Of a stretch of 64,000 nt of DNA, positions 29,375 through 39,834 are shown piece by piece. The position numbers were made by a program, and so were the translations under genes. Each line of letters starts with the position of its first letter. Position 1 is the stretch's first letter. The stretch is taken from NCBI GenBank assembly GCA_020636535.1, contig JACJXT010000011.1, forward strand, positions 1,316,812 to 1,380,811. The letters run 5' to 3'. This DNA comes from Chitinophagales bacterium. Its GTDB lineage: Bacteria > Bacteroidota > Bacteroidia > Chitinophagales > JADIYW01. The notes below the pieces were generated by a model that was not told the origin of the DNA, did no database searches, and worked only from the letters and a program-made list of their open reading frames with translations.

Positions 29375-30256
29375 ATGCAAAAAATAATTTTACTGTTTTG
29401 TTTGTTTTTTTTATTAATAGAATCAAATGCACAACAAAATGAAAGTACAGTCAACAATACTACAACCAAAGATTTAAAAATATTGTCTTGGAACATATTT
29501 ATGTTGCCACCATTTGTGCATAGAACAGGTAAAAGAACTAGAGTAAAGGCAATAGCCAACTATGTAAAAAAATCAGATTATGATGTGTTGGTGTTTCAAG
29601 AAATGTTTTTGCATGCAGCAAAACGCAAGCTGCGTAGAAGAATTAAAAAAGAATATCCATATCAAGTTGGACCAGCTTATAAAAGATTTATTTCTTTGCG
29701 AACAAGCAGTGGTATTTATATAGCATCAAAATATCCAATGCAAAAAATAGGTAAAACCAAGTTTAAACAAAAAGAAGGTGCCGATAATAAATTAGCCAGA
29801 AAAGGAGCTTTAATGGTTGAAGTAAATAAAAATGATAAGTTATATCATATTATTGGTACACATTTAAATGCTGGAGGAAGCGATGAAACTAAAATGAGTC
29901 AAGTTGACCAAATTGCAACACTAATAAAAAAAGAAGAAAAAGACAGTGTACCTATTTTTATTTGTGGCGATTTTAATATAGATAAAAAAGATGCTAAATT
30001 ATATCCATATACACTCAATAAATTACAAGCAGAAGATGGTGAAATTATAGGTGATTGGAACAATACGATAGATAGTAAAAATAATGATATGTGTGGAGGC
30101 AATCAAGCTAAAGTAATAGATTTTATTTTTTATAAATCGAATGGCTTACAATACAAGAGCATAGAAAGAAGTATTCCTAGAATAGAATTGCAATGGTGTA
30201 AAGAACACAAAAGTTTATCCGACCATCAACCAGTAGAACTACATATTATATTTTAA
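29375..30256 (+). CDS. secreted endonuclease/exonuclease/phosphatase-family protein (sphingomyelinase-like)
   Basis: 293 aa with a signal peptide. LKILSWNIFMLP near the N-terminus and LSDHQPV near the C-terminus are EEP-fold hallmarks. Confidence 0.8.
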   Translation: MQKIILLFCLFFLLIESNAQQNESTVNNTTTKDLKILSWNIFMLPPFVHRTGKRTRVKAIANYVKKSDYDVLVFQEMFLHAAKRKLRRRIKKEYPYQVGPAYKRFISLRTSSGIYIASKYPMQKIGKTKFKQKEGADNKLARKGALMVEVNKNDKLYHIIGTHLNAGGSDETKMSQVDQIATLIKKEEKDSVPIFICGDFNIDKKDAKLYPYTLNKLQAEDGEIIGDWNNTIDSKNNDMCGGNQAKVIDFIFYKSNGLQYKSIERSIPRIELQWCKEHKSLSDHQPVELHIIF

Positions 30257-30333
30257 GCATGTTGTTTTGTTGTATAATGCTATAATTGCCTTCTAAGTAT
30301 CTAGCATGAGAATATTGTAGTTCTATACAAATA

Positions 30334-30681
30334 CTAATCTCGTTTCGCACTCCAAACACCAGAAGTTACTCCATTTTTTATTGTGCCACTTAAACTATCA
30401 TTGCTAATAAAAGATGCAACAATAATAGTGCTATTTTCTAGTGTTATGTTTAACTTTTCTTCTTGATATTGCCACGAACCAACTATAGTATCAACTAAAC
30501 CAATATCACTACAACTAAAATCTGACGATAATCGCAAGTTGCTACTTGCATAAAAATTAAATCCATTGTATTGATAGTAAGTTGTCCAACTGCTATTTTT
30601 TAAGCTATCAAAGTGACTTTTTTCTTTTTTACAGGAGAAAAATAGAGGTGTAAATAGTAATGTAAGGAATAAATATTTCAT
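30334..30681 (-). CDS. hypothetical lipoprotein
   Basis: 115 aa with a lipobox-like LFFSC after a hydrophobic signal. No other motif recognised. Confidence 0.5.
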   Translation of the reverse strand: MKYLFLTLLFTPLFFSCKKEKSHFDSLKNSSWTTYYQYNGFNFYASSNLRLSSDFSCSDIGLVDTIVGSWQYQEEKLNITLENSTIIVASFISNDSLSGTIKNGVTSGVWSAKRD

Positions 30682-30685
30682 ACAA

Positions 30686-31801
30686 TTATAAATTATTTAG
30701 AATTTCATCATTGTCTGCTCCCATTTCTGGTGGATAAGAAAATGTTTGCTTATCAAAAGCAGCAAATTTTATTGGTTGATTTATCATTTTTAATTTGCCT
30801 TTCTCAGGATGTTCTACTTCAATAAAATTATTTCTATCTATATGATATTGCTCTTTTTCTAATTCATTCAATTCTAAAATTGGTGTTAAGCACGCATCAA
30901 ATTGTTTGGCAAGTGCTATCCATTCTGTACTATCTTTCGATAAAAATAAGGTTTCTACTTCAGCTTTTATTTCATTACTCAACAATTGATTAGACCATTC
31001 TGGTTTATTAACCATCATACAAAAATTCATCCAAAACTTTGGTTCTAAACTTCCTAGTGCCATCCACTTTTTATCTTTACATTGATAGATATTGTAATTA
31101 ACTACACTACCAGCCAATGGATGTTCTTGTCTTTCATAATATTTGTTGGTATTCAAACCTTCGGTCATATAAAAAGACAACAAAGGCAATACGCAATCCG
31201 TCATGGCTACATCTACAAACTGACCTTCGCCTGTATTTTTTTTATGTATAACAGCAGCTAAACAAGCCATTACTGTAGGATAACTTCCACCACAAATATC
31301 AGCAAATTGCACACCAGGTTTTACAATTTTTTCTTTATCACCCAACATACTTAATACACCACTATAACCTAAATAGTTAATGTCGTGTCCAGCATTTTTA
31401 TTATAAACACCATCTTGTCCATAACCAGTAACTGCTACATAAATAATACTATGATTGTATTGTTTAGCAGTTTCATAATCAATACCTAATTTTTTTAAAA
31501 CACCAGGTCTAAATGAGTCAACTACAACATCAGCAGTTTTAACTAAATCAAAGAATTTTTGCTTGTCTTTATCATCACTAAAATCTAAAGTAATAGACTT
31601 TTTATTTCGGTTTAATGCTAAGAAACTTACACCAACACCATTATAATGTGGAGGCATAAATCGAGTATAATCAGGTGCTTTTTTATCTTCAATTTTAATC
31701 ACCTCAGCACCCATGTCAGCCATCATTTGCGTAGCCAAAGGTCCTGGTAATAATCTCGACAAATCTAAAATTCTAATACCGTTCAGTGGTCCTTGAATCA
31801 T
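30686..31801 (-). CDS. family III CoA-transferase (CaiB/BaiF / alpha-methylacyl-CoA racemase-like)
   Basis: 371 aa. GIRILDLSRLLPGPLATQMMADMGAEVIKIE is the typical N-terminal signature. Confidence 0.85.
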   Translation of the reverse strand: MIQGPLNGIRILDLSRLLPGPLATQMMADMGAEVIKIEDKKAPDYTRFMPPHYNGVGVSFLALNRNKKSITLDFSDDKDKQKFFDLVKTADVVVDSFRPGVLKKLGIDYETAKQYNHSIIYVAVTGYGQDGVYNKNAGHDINYLGYSGVLSMLGDKEKIVKPGVQFADICGGSYPTVMACLAAVIHKKNTGEGQFVDVAMTDCVLPLLSFYMTEGLNTNKYYERQEHPLAGSVVNYNIYQCKDKKWMALGSLEPKFWMNFCMMVNKPEWSNQLLSNEIKAEVETLFLSKDSTEWIALAKQFDACLTPILELNELEKEQYHIDRNNFIEVEHPEKGKLKMINQPIKFAAFDKQTFSYPPEMGADNDEILNNL

Positions 31802-31813
31802 ATTAAATTGTGC

Positions 31814-32545
31814 TTAGTTATTTTTTTGAGCATCAGCAAAGCCAAATACTTTTTTCATTAAGCTAGTAACTCTTGCCAATGGATTTTCTCTGATTTTGTT
31901 TTCTTCTTTTTCAACCATTTTAAAAACACCATCTAATGCTTTTTCTGTAACAAAACCAGTTAAATCAGTATTTACACTTTGTACAAATGGAATTTGATTA
32001 TAGATAGTCAATGCTTCTGACCATAATTTTGTAGCATTAACTTGGTTAAGTGAATTATCAATGATAGGTCTAAATTTTTCAGTTAATAAAGGAGTAGAAG
32101 TTTTTTTAAGATAAGCAGTAGCTGTACCATCACCACCTAATAAAATAGTCATGGCATCTTGTATGGTCATTTGTTTAATTGAGTTTACAAATACATCAAT
32201 AGCAACACCAGATGCTTTTTCGGCAGCTCTGTTTAAAGACTTCGTTACATTATCAACTTTATCTTGCATGCCTAACTTAATCATGGCATTTTTTATTTTT
32301 TCTGCTTGATCTGGCCAAGGAATTTTAACTAAACTATTGCCATAGAATCCATCTTGTTTAGACAATAAACCCATGCCAATATTAATACCTTGAGTTAATG
32401 CTTCTTTTAAACCACCAGCAGCTTCAGATTCTGTTACACTGCCAGAACCACCACCTAAAATAGCACCAACTGTTTGTTGAATTTGTTGCGTTGAACAGCT
32501 AATTGTTAACACTGCAGATGCTAAAAGTATAAATATTTTTTTCAT
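31814..32545 (-). CDS. DUF4197-like lipoprotein
   Basis: 243 aa with a lipoprotein signal (LTISCS). TESEAAGGLKEALTQG is remembered from DUF4197 proteins. Confidence 0.55.
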   Translation of the reverse strand: MKKIFILLASAVLTISCSTQQIQQTVGAILGGGSGSVTESEAAGGLKEALTQGINIGMGLLSKQDGFYGNSLVKIPWPDQAEKIKNAMIKLGMQDKVDNVTKSLNRAAEKASGVAIDVFVNSIKQMTIQDAMTILLGGDGTATAYLKKTSTPLLTEKFRPIIDNSLNQVNATKLWSEALTIYNQIPFVQSVNTDLTGFVTEKALDGVFKMVEKEENKIRENPLARVTSLMKKVFGFADAQKNN

Positions 32546-32600
32546 ACTAAATTTGTTTTTATTATTTTAGAAAGGTAAAGTAAGCATAAAAATTTGAAAA

Positions 32601-33851
32601 ATGAAAGCAATATTAATATCAATTGGCGATGAATTGTTAAATGGACAAACTATCAATACCAATGTGAGTTATATATCACAAGAAATGAATAAATTAGGTA
32701 TTAGTGTTTTGAGGCATATAACCATTAGTGATGAAAAATTAGAAATTATTAACAATGCAGACACAGCTATTGCTTTAGCTGATATTGTTATTATAACAGG
32801 TGGACTTGGTCCTACTAGCGACGATATTACGAAACAAGTACTCTGCGAATATTTTGGTGGCGAATTGATTTTAAATGAATTGGCATTAAAAAATATTCAA
32901 GAAATTTTTATTCATAGAGGAAGAACGATAAACGATATGAGTAAACAAGTAGCTTATGTTCCTAATAATTGTACGGTTTTTCAAAATAGTATGGGAACTG
33001 CACCAGGAATGTTGTTTACTAAAAACAAAAGTATTATTGTGTCGATGCCAGGTGTGCCTTACGAAATGAAAGCCATGGTTGAAAAAAGTTTAATTCCATA
33101 TATTAAAGAAGAGTATCAATTGCCAATTATTATTCATAAACATATTTTAACTGTAGGTGTTGGAGAAACAGCTATTGCAGAAAAAATAGAACCTATAATA
33201 GCAACATTTCCTACTAATTTAAGTCTAGCGTATTTGCCAAGTGTAGGAAAAGTAAAACTACGACTAACTGCAAAAGGCAATGATAAACAAGCATTACAAA
33301 CATTAATTGATAAATATACTAAGCAAATTTCAGAAGTATTAGCTGTTAATATATATGGCTATGATGATGATGTTTTAGAAGCAGTAATAGGAAAAATACT
33401 ACTACAACACAATTTACAATTAGGTTTAGCAGAAAGTTGTACAGGTGGTTACATTGCACATTTAATTACTTCTATTAGTGGTAGTTCTCAATATTTTAAA
33501 GGTGGAATTGTAAGCTATGCCAATACAGTAAAAGAAGAGCTACTTTGGGTACAACAAACTACTTTAGAAACATTTGGAGCAGTAAGCGAAGAAACTGTAA
33601 CCGAAATGCTAAATGGTGCATTAAAACAACTACAAGTAAATGTAGCAGTTGCTATTAGTGGTGTAGCTGGACCAAATGGAGGAACTACCGAAAAACCTGT
33701 TGGTACAGTATATATTGGTGTGTCTAATGGTTTTCAAACAAAAGTAAAACGATTCAACTTAACGAAAGACCGAATGAAAAATATTGAGTTGAGTGCAGTT
33801 ATTGCTTTAGAAATGTTAAGACGATTTTTGTGGAAAAATTATCCAATTTGA
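32601..33851 (+). CDS. cinA: CinA-family protein (MoCF-like domain plus nicotinamide-nucleotide amidohydrolase PncC domain)
   Basis: 416 aa. N-terminal ISIGDELLNGQTINTN and ITGGLGPTSDDITK, and C-terminal AESCTGGYIAHLIT. Confidence 0.9.
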   Translation: MKAILISIGDELLNGQTINTNVSYISQEMNKLGISVLRHITISDEKLEIINNADTAIALADIVIITGGLGPTSDDITKQVLCEYFGGELILNELALKNIQEIFIHRGRTINDMSKQVAYVPNNCTVFQNSMGTAPGMLFTKNKSIIVSMPGVPYEMKAMVEKSLIPYIKEEYQLPIIIHKHILTVGVGETAIAEKIEPIIATFPTNLSLAYLPSVGKVKLRLTAKGNDKQALQTLIDKYTKQISEVLAVNIYGYDDDVLEAVIGKILLQHNLQLGLAESCTGGYIAHLITSISGSSQYFKGGIVSYANTVKEELLWVQQTTLETFGAVSEETVTEMLNGALKQLQVNVAVAISGVAGPNGGTTEKPVGTVYIGVSNGFQTKVKRFNLTKDRMKNIELSAVIALEMLRRFLWKNYPI

Positions 33852-33879
33852 TTAATATTGTAATCAGACAATCTTTATT

Positions 33880-35289
33880 ATGGCAGATTACTATTTATTA
33901 TTACCTAAAATGGGCGAAAGCGTATTTGAAGCAACCATTATTACATGGAACAAACAAGTTGGCGATACTATCAACGAAAATGAAACTATTGTTGAAGTTG
34001 CTACAGATAAAGTCGACTCAGAAGTGCCTTGTCCTGTTAGTGGAACGATAAAAGAACTCTTGCATCAAGATGGAGATGTGGTAGAAGTGGGTAAACCTTT
34101 GGCAATTATTGAAGTAGAAGGTAATATACCTCAAAATTTTATTCCAGAAGAAAAAGAAACCAAAGTAGAAAATATTTCAAGTGCCGAAACTCAAAATGAA
34201 ATCGTAGAAGAAAAAATAATTACTACTAAAGAAGCAATTACAGAACCAGTAGTAGAAGAAAAAATCACCATAAAAGAAACTCCAAAAGAAAATATTACTA
34301 CAGTTGCCAAAGAAAATATTATTGGAACTAATGATGGATTTTTTTCACCTTTAGTAATGAATATTGCTAGCACAGAAAAAGTGAGTATGCAAGAACTAAG
34401 TACTATAAAAGGCAGTGGTTTAAATGGTAGAATTACGAAAGAAGATATTTTAGCTTTTGTAGATTGGAAAAAAAATCAACCGAAAGAGAACATAGTAGAA
34501 AAAACAGAAGCAAAAGCCGAAATAGCGAAACCAAACGATGTATCAAAAGTTGTGGAAGAAAAAAAATCTACAATAACCAATGGCAATGAAATTATAGAAA
34601 TGGACAGAATGCGTAAACTAATTGCTAAGCATATGGTCAATTCTAAACATACAGCACCACATGTATCTTCGTTTGTTGAATGCGATATGACCAATATTGT
34701 GAATTGGAGAAATAAACATAAAACTAATTTTGAAAAAAAATATAAAACTAAATTATCTTTTATGCCAATGATTGTAGAAGCAATTTGCAAAGCCATAAAA
34801 GATTTTCCTATGATTAATATTTCTGTAGAAGGCGATACTATTATCAAGAAAAAAACTATTAACATAGGAATTGCGACAGCACTACCAAGTGGAAATTTAA
34901 TTGTACCAGTGATTAAAAATACAGATAAACTCAATTTGTTAGGTATTGCAGAAAATATTAATCAACTAATAGATAAAGCAAGGAAAAACCAATTGTCGCC
35001 AGATGATATACAAGACGGTACTTATACTATTTCTAATATTGGAACATTTGGCAATATTTTAGGAACACCAATCATCAATCAACCACAAGTAGCTATAATG
35101 GCAGTAGGAAGCATTGAAAAGAAACCTGCTGTTTTAGAAATTGACGGACAAGATGTTATTGCAATCAGACATAAAATGTATTTGTCGCATACTTACGACC
35201 ATAGAGTTGTTGATGGTTCTTTAGGTGGCATGTTTGTAAAACGAGTAGCCGATTATTTAGAAAATTTTGATGTAGAGCAAGATATCTAA
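33880..35289 (+). CDS. 2-oxoacid dehydrogenase E2 component (dihydrolipoamide acyltransferase)
   Basis: 469 aa. It has a lipoyl domain (VATDKVDSEV), a charged Glu/Lys-rich linker, an E3-binding-like segment and the catalytic motif DHRVVDG. No E1 genes are adjacent. Confidence 0.9.
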   Translation: MADYYLLLPKMGESVFEATIITWNKQVGDTINENETIVEVATDKVDSEVPCPVSGTIKELLHQDGDVVEVGKPLAIIEVEGNIPQNFIPEEKETKVENISSAETQNEIVEEKIITTKEAITEPVVEEKITIKETPKENITTVAKENIIGTNDGFFSPLVMNIASTEKVSMQELSTIKGSGLNGRITKEDILAFVDWKKNQPKENIVEKTEAKAEIAKPNDVSKVVEEKKSTITNGNEIIEMDRMRKLIAKHMVNSKHTAPHVSSFVECDMTNIVNWRNKHKTNFEKKYKTKLSFMPMIVEAICKAIKDFPMINISVEGDTIIKKKTINIGIATALPSGNLIVPVIKNTDKLNLLGIAENINQLIDKARKNQLSPDDIQDGTYTISNIGTFGNILGTPIINQPQVAIMAVGSIEKKPAVLEIDGQDVIAIRHKMYLSHTYDHRVVDGSLGGMFVKRVADYLENFDVEQDI

Positions 35290-35382
35290 AGTTAGATACA
35301 AGTGTCAAAATTTATAGTTATTATATTTTCTCATCGTCCTTCAGAGCATAGTTAACGAAGCGAAGAATCTCCTAATTATAAA

Positions 35383-35751
35383 ATGAAACCAACACCAGAA
35401 CATAATGCTAAAATTGCAAAAATGACTTTTGCATCAGTTTTTCCACACTACATCAATAAAGTAGAACGCAAAGGAAGAACTAAAGCTGAATTATACCAAG
35501 TTATAGAATGGCTAACTGGTTTTAATGAAAAAGAGCTACAACGACTCATCGATGAAAAAGTTACATTTGAATCATTCTTTAAGCAAGCTACATTAAATCC
35601 AAATGCATCCTTAATCAAAGGAACAATTTGTGGTTATAAAATAGAAGCAATAGATAATGAATTGACCAAACAAGTACGCTACCTAGACAAACTAATAGAC
35701 GAATTAGCCAAAGGAAAAACTATGGATAAAATTTTGAGACAGTCAAAATAA
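35383..35751 (+). CDS. DUF2200-family protein
   Basis: 122 aa. FASVFPHYINKVERKGRTKAELYQVIEWLTGF matches my memory of DUF2200. Confidence 0.6.
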   Translation: MKPTPEHNAKIAKMTFASVFPHYINKVERKGRTKAELYQVIEWLTGFNEKELQRLIDEKVTFESFFKQATLNPNASLIKGTICGYKIEAIDNELTKQVRYLDKLIDELAKGKTMDKILRQSK

Positions 35752-35752
35752 A

Positions 35753-35953
35753 CCCAAATTATGCATTAGGAAAATAGGTTTTCTTTAAGGTGGAGTAGCT
35801 ATGCAACGCTTTACTACTTAAAAGCTAATGCTAATAAAGTTGAAAATACTACGCACTTCCTAATTTGTATTAGAACTAGAAGTATGAAATACTTCAATTT
35901 AAGTAACCATGTGTACAACTCATGGTGTAAAAAGTACCTAATGCGTATTTGGG
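35753..35953. repeat. R2 MITE-like element, full-length copy (201 bp)
   Basis: Terminal inverted repeats CCCAAATTATGCATTAGG (35753-35770) and CCTAATGCGTATTTGGG (35937-35953). The interior aligns with 27316-27467. An inverted fragment lies at about 54478-54550. Confidence 0.8.
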
Positions 35954-36023
35954 ATAAATAATAGCTACTTTCAATTATAGATTTAATTTCAAAGAAAAAA
36001 TAAAGCATACTACTAATTTGCAG

Positions 36024-36031
36024 TATATTTG
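36024..36031 (+). promoter_or_regulatory. candidate -7 box (TATATTTG) for the TerC-family gene
   Basis: Matches TAnnTTTG and ends 14 nt before the ATG at 36046. No convincing -33 element was seen. Confidence 0.35.
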
Positions 36032-36045
36032 CACAAAATAAAATT

Positions 36046-36846
36046 ATGTTATTAGTAGATACATTTCCAAATTTGTTAGATGCAGCAGTCATTGTTTCTT
36101 TACTAACACTTACTTTTTTAGAAATAGTTTTAGGAATCGACAATATCATTTTTATATCTATTGTGTCGAATAAATTACCAGAAGAACAACAACCAAAAGC
36201 AAGATTAATTGGTTTGTTTTTAGCAATGTTATTTAGAATTGCACTATTATTTACTATAACTTGGATAATTCAATTAACCAATCCATTATTTCATATTCCA
36301 TTTATAAAAGAACACAATGGAGAACCAATTGGTTTAAGTGTAAAAGACTTAATTTTATTATTTGGTGGATTATTTTTAATTGCAAAAAGTGTTTCAGAAA
36401 TTAATCATAAATTAGAAATTGAAGAGGAAACACAAACAGGTGTTAAGAAAAAAGCAACTTCATTTGTTTCTGTAATTATACAAATTTTATTAATTGATGC
36501 TATCTTTTCTATAGATTCAATTTTAACTGCAGTTGGTCTAGTAGAAAATGTTTGGATAATGATTATGGCAGTTATCATTTCAATTACTATTATGATGATA
36601 TTTGCTTCGCCAGTTTCAAAATTTATCAATAGAAATCCATCATTACAAATATTGGCATTGTCATTTTTAGTTGTAATTGGCGTTTTATTAATAGCAGAAG
36701 CATTTCATCAGCATATTAATAAAGGATATATTTATACAGCAATGGCATTTGGCTTGTCGGTAGAATTATTAAATATGAGATTGAGAAGAAATGCAGCTAA
36801 AGTAAAACTCAACGATTCAGAAATGAAAGATGAAAATCAAAATTAA
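36046..36846 (+). CDS. TerC-family integral membrane protein
   Basis: 266 aa, multi-pass, with the LGIDNIIFISI and SIDSILTAVGL blocks typical of TerC/Alx. Confidence 0.85.
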   Translation: MLLVDTFPNLLDAAVIVSLLTLTFLEIVLGIDNIIFISIVSNKLPEEQQPKARLIGLFLAMLFRIALLFTITWIIQLTNPLFHIPFIKEHNGEPIGLSVKDLILLFGGLFLIAKSVSEINHKLEIEEETQTGVKKKATSFVSVIIQILLIDAIFSIDSILTAVGLVENVWIMIMAVIISITIMMIFASPVSKFINRNPSLQILALSFLVVIGVLLIAEAFHQHINKGYIYTAMAFGLSVELLNMRLRRNAAKVKLNDSEMKDENQN

Positions 36847-36892
36847 GCTAAAGATTTTAGAACGCTACTAAGTTTAATGATGAGAATAAAGT

Positions 36893-37564
36893 TTACTGCT
36901 CTAAAAATGTTTGCATAGCATCATAAACTTCATTCGGATAGATATTTAAACAAAAATGTCCACCATTAATTGGTATAAAATCTTCATCTGGAGCTGCTAC
37001 AATTCTATCTTTTTTATCGTGAATGCGTAATGGATTAGGTTTAGTACTTTCAATTGTTGAAGCAAAGTTCATTTCCGTCATTAGTGCTAATTGAAGATTA
37101 GTAAACGACTTAAAATTAGTCATTACTTTTTCTTGAATTGTTTTTATCTGTTCATCTTTTATTTTTTCTAGGAGATGGTCATTTACTTTCTCATGTTTTA
37201 ATAGTCCACTAAAAGCCATTAATTGAGAAAATCTTGGAAAAGCAGGCATGTAATCAATTACTTTTTTAGGATTACTAAAAGCACCAATCATACAAATTTC
37301 ATTATTTTGAATTTCCCGAATTTGAAACGCAAAATAACCACCCATAGAATGTCCAATAATTTTGTCTGATGCTTCAATATTATAATAGGAGATAAGCTGC
37401 TTACAAAATTTCACTCTGTCTATAAAAGGAAAAATAAATTTATTCAGTATAGGTCGGTAATCAACACTAATTAAATGATAATTCTTAAGACAAGGTCTTA
37501 GCTCATCAAAAATAAAAGCATCTTCTCCAAAACCAGGCAATAAAAAAATCCTTTGTTGTTTCAT
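36893..37564 (-). CDS. alpha/beta-fold hydrolase
   Basis: 223 aa with the nucleophile elbow GHSMGG and an N-terminal LLPGFG oxyanion region. Confidence 0.7.
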   Translation of the reverse strand: MKQQRIFLLPGFGEDAFIFDELRPCLKNYHLISVDYRPILNKFIFPFIDRVKFCKQLISYYNIEASDKIIGHSMGGYFAFQIREIQNNEICMIGAFSNPKKVIDYMPAFPRFSQLMAFSGLLKHEKVNDHLLEKIKDEQIKTIQEKVMTNFKSFTNLQLALMTEMNFASTIESTKPNPLRIHDKKDRIVAAPDEDFIPINGGHFCLNIYPNEVYDAMQTFLEQ

Positions 37565-37570
37565 ATTCTT

Positions 37571-39796
37571 TTAATTGAAGTACGATTCTATAGCAGTGTC
37601 ATATATTTTTTGGTAGCTTTCTACTGTTCCAAAGTCTTCATTGTCAATGGTGATAGTATTACTTTTTACTGTTCCTAGTTTAGAAAAAACCGTTTGTCGT
37701 TCATTGAGATAATTTTCAAATTCTTGTGCTAACTCTGGTTGGCAACTTACTATAATTCTACTTTGTGCTTCGCCAAATAAAAATGCATCTTTTCTAATAG
37801 TAGTATCTGATTGAATTTCAAATCCAAGATTTCTTTTCATACTAGATTCTAGTAAACAAATAAAAAGACCACCTTCGCTAATATCATGTGCTGAAACAAT
37901 TAAATTGTTTTTGATTAACTGACTTACTGTTTTTTGAATTGTGTATTCTGTTTCTAAATGAAAAAATGGAGCTGGAGATAATTTTATATCGTGAATATTA
38001 TATACATATTCTGATGAATTAATATCGTTTTTATTTTCTCCAATTAAATAGATTAAATCGCCTTCATTTTTAAAATCTAAAGACATCACTTTTGTTATAT
38101 CATCAATAATACCAAGCATACCAATAGTTGGTGTTGGATTTACAGCTTTAGTAGGTGATTGATTATAAAAGGAAACATTGCCACCTGTAACTGGTGTTTC
38201 AAATCGTTCGCAAGCTTCGCCCATGCCTTGTAAAGCATGTACAAAATTCCAATATACTTCTGGGTCGTATGGATTGCCAAAATTCAAACAATTGGTAATT
38301 GCAGAAGGTGTTCCTCCAGTACATACAATATTTCTGGCAGCTTCGGCAACGGCAATAGCACCACCAACTTTCGCATCAGCATATACATATCTAGAATTAC
38401 AATCAACTGTAACTAGCAAACCTTTGTCGTTGTGTTTTAGACGAATTACAGCTGCATCAGTTTGATTATTGGTACTTACATTGTCGATTTGCACCATTGA
38501 ATCGTATTGTTTATATATGAATCTTTTAGATGCAATATTAGGCAATGCTGTCATTTTTTTTGCAATGTCAACTAAGTCGTTTGGTTCTAATATCTGATTG
38601 ATAGAAAATGCATCTCTAGTAATATGATAACTAGGTTCTTGAATGGCTCTGTCGTATACTGGAGCACCACCACCTAAAACTAAAGATTCAGCATCAACTT
38701 GTGCTACTAATTCATCATTGAAATAATAATATAAATTGTTTCCTTCTATAACTTCTCCAATAATAGCACAGTGTAAATCCCATTTTTCAAAAACTTGTTC
38801 TATGTCTTTTTCCATGCCTTTTTTTACTACTACTAGCATTCTTTCTTGAGATTCTGATAATAGAATTTCAAAAGGCAACATATTTTTTTGTCTAGTTGGC
38901 ACTTTATCTAAATAAATTTTCATGCCATGTTTGCCTTTTGCACTCATTTCAGATGTAGAGCAAGTAATTCCAGCAGCTCCCATATCTTGCATACCAACAA
39001 TGGCATTAGTTTGAATGGCTTCTAGTGATGCTTCGAGCAATAATTTTTCTTGAAATGGATCTCCAACTTGTACAGAAGGAATTTTATCTTCGGCATCTTC
39101 TCCCAAATCTTCAGAAGCAAAAGTAGCACCATGAATACCATCTTTTCCTGTTGCAGAACCAACAATATAAATAGGATTGCCAACACCTTCGGAAGTAGCG
39201 GAAACAGTCTCACCAACTTTTACAATTCCAACAGACATTGCATTGACTAATGGATTGTGATGATAGCATTCGTCAAAATAAACTTCGCCAGCTACAGTTG
39301 GTACACCAAAGCAGTTGCCATAATCGCCAATTCCTTTTACAACACCTTTCAATAAATGTTGTGTTCGTTTTTCATCTATTTTTCCGAATCGTAATGAATT
39401 TAAAGCCGCAATTGGTCGAGCACCCATAGTAAAAATATCTCTGTTGATACCACCAACACCAGTAGCTGCACCTTGATATGGCTCTACAGCACTTGGATGA
39501 TTATGAGATTCTATTTTAAAGCAACAAGCATATCCATCACCAATATCTACCAAACCAGCATTTTCTTCGCCAGCTTCTACTAGTAAATGTTTGCCTTTTC
39601 TTGGTAGTTTTTTTAAATATTTGATAGAATTTTTATAGCTACAGTGTTCACTCCACATCACAGAATAAATGCTCAATTCAGTAAAATTGGGTACTCTGCC
39701 AAGTATTTCAATTATTTTATTATATTCTTCTTCTAATAGTCCTAATGATTTTGCTGTTTCAACATCGCTTAACTTAGTGGAAATATCGTTGCTCAT
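37571..39796 (-). CDS. purL: phosphoribosylformylglycinamidine synthase subunit PurL
   Basis: 741 aa. [27 protein letters not shown] and duplicated PurM-like domains are present. Confidence 0.95.
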   Translation of the reverse strand: MSNDISTKLSDVETAKSLGLLEEEYNKIIEILGRVPNFTELSIYSVMWSEHCSYKNSIKYLKKLPRKGKHLLVEAGEENAGLVDIGDGYACCFKIESHNHPSAVEPYQGAATGVGGINRDIFTMGARPIAALNSLRFGKIDEKRTQHLLKGVVKGIGDYGNCFGVPTVAGEVYFDECYHHNPLVNAMSVGIVKVGETVSATSEGVGNPIYIVGSATGKDGIHGATFASEDLGEDAEDKIPSVQVGDPFQEKLLLEASLEAIQTNAIVGMQDMGAAGITCSTSEMSAKGKHGMKIYLDKVPTRQKNMLPFEILLSESQERMLVVVKKGMEKDIEQVFEKWDLHCAIIGEVIEGNNLYYYFNDELVAQVDAESLVLGGGAPVYDRAIQEPSYHITRDAFSINQILEPNDLVDIAKKMTALPNIASKRFIYKQYDSMVQIDNVSTNNQTDAAVIRLKHNDKGLLVTVDCNSRYVYADAKVGGAIAVAEAARNIVCTGGTPSAITNCLNFGNPYDPEVYWNFVHALQGMGEACERFETPVTGGNVSFYNQSPTKAVNPTPTIGMLGIIDDITKVMSLDFKNEGDLIYLIGENKNDINSSEYVYNIHDIKLSPAPFFHLETEYTIQKTVSQLIKNNLIVSAHDISEGGLFICLLESSMKRNLGFEIQSDTTIRKDAFLFGEAQSRIIVSCQPELAQEFENYLNERQTVFSKLGTVKSNTITIDNEDFGTVESYQKIYDTAIESYFN

Positions 39797-39834
39797 AACT
39801 TGATTCTATGTTGGTGACAAAGTAAAGAAAAATT

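Noticed and set aside
35954-36045. A yybP-ykoY (Mn2+) riboswitch upstream of the TerC-family gene.
   Set aside because: The 90-nt upstream region is AT-rich, has no GGAGAGTAG-type core and no four-way junction, and is mostly occupied by the end of the R2 MITE.
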